Assembly: GCA_963733055.1 (NCBI GenBank)
Contig: CAVTBR010000003.1
Span: forward strand, 256,001-320,000
DNA: 64,000 bases
DNA from: Candidatus Bathyarchaeota archaeon
GTDB taxonomy: Archaea; Thermoproteota; Bathyarchaeia; 40CM-2-53-6
Reading direction: 5' to 3'
A program made the translations under genes and the position numbers. Position 1 is the stretch's first letter. Each line of letters begins with the position of its first letter. The notes beneath the pieces are model-generated. The model was given only the letters and a program-made list of their open reading frames with translations. It was not told the origin of the DNA and ran no database searches. Below, one piece after another: positions 63,250-64,000 of the stretch.

Positions 63250-64000
63250 TCATTTATTCTGCTTCAACGCCTTTAGTACTCTGTCAGGGTTGGCTGGAAG
63301 GGAATTGATCCTGACCCCGGTGGCGTTGTAAATTGCGTTCAAAATCGCTGGTGCCGTTGGAACGCTGCTTTGTTCCCCGACTCCCTTGGCGCCAAAGGGT
63401 CCGGAGGGTTCGTCTGTCTCCACGATGATTGGGTCGATCTCGGGCATGTCCATCGAAGTCGGAACGAGGTAGTCGACGAAATTCGGGTTCAGATTTCTGC
63501 CCTGCTCTAGCGCAATGTTCTCCAAAAGCGCCATACCTATCCCGAAACCAATTCCTCCGCTTATCTGACCACGAACCAAGGACGCGTTCATGGCCTTGCC
63601 AACATCGTGCGCGGCTGCGATCTTCAGTACTTTAACTATGCCAGTTCGTGTGTCAACCTCGACCTGCGCAACTTGGGTCGCGTAGGCGTAGGTAGGGTAT
63701 GGGTTCCCCTGTCCCGTCTCAGGATCTAGAGGGGTATTGGGAGGGTTGAACGTGGCCACCTCGCTAATCGGCTTCCCTCTATGATAACTGAGGGTCGCGA
63801 CTTCGCTGATTGGAATGTGTTTTTCAGGTGCTCCTCTAACGTACACCATATCATTCGCGGTTTCTAACGCATCGGTCTTGACTGATAATTTCTCGGCCGC
63901 AATTTCTAAAAGCTGTTGTCTGGCGGCGGTCGTCGCAAGTTTTACAGCGTTACCATTAGTGTATGTCCCTCGGCTTGCAACGCATCCCAGGTCGTAGGGG
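63250..64000 (-). CDS. xanthine dehydrogenase/CO dehydrogenase-family molybdopterin subunit, C-terminal part
   Basis: VEVD..TG, DVGKA.N, GQI.GG, DYLVP, GPFGAKGVGE; frame continues past the window edge. Confidence 0.93.
   Translation of the reverse strand, partial: PYDLGCVASRGTYTNGNAVKLATTAARQQLLEIAAEKLSVKTDALETANDMVYVRGAPEKHIPISEVATLSYHRGKPISEVATFNPPNTPLDPETGQGNPYPTYAYATQVAQVEVDTRTGIVKVLKIAAAHDVGKAMNASLVRGQISGGIGFGIGMALLENIALEQGRNLNPNFVDYLVPTSMDMPEIDPIIVETDEPSGPFGAKGVGEQSSVPTAPAILNAIYNATGVRINSLPANPDRVLKALKQNK

Overview
This is an archaeal window, probably TACK/Bathyarchaeia-like (inferred from gene content: thaumarchaeosortase, KaiC/RAD55 ATPases, TrmI, archaeal HMG-CoA synthase, many TTG/GTG starts). 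It is gene-dense, and I recognised no rRNA, tRNA, CRISPR array or transposase. The core (about 23-52.5 kb) is a cell-envelope locus. It holds two polyprenol-phosphate sugar synthases, several GT-C-fold membrane glycosyltransferases, and two sortase-family transpeptidases (a Ser-type thaumarchaeosortase and a Cys-type archaeosortase). It also holds a 1456-aa PEF-CTERM S-layer-like protein with a one-domain paralogue, a PGF-CTERM M6 protease, a soluble KaiC ATPase, a receptor-like ectodomain-TM-KaiC fusion and two toxin-antitoxin pairs. The flanks carry nadE, asnB (apparent ACG start), an HMG-CoA synthase-DUF35 fusion, SWIB-like and GOLD-like proteins, gdhA, and two paralogous uncharacterised nucleotidyltransferases, one beside an APC permease plus metallophosphoesterase. 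At least seven genes carry +1 frameshifts. Five are the same event (CGCG read as CTGCG/CGCAG), which points to motif-specific base-calling errors, possibly at methylated CGCG, rather than real pseudogenes. All family calls come from motif recognition by eye; no searches were run.
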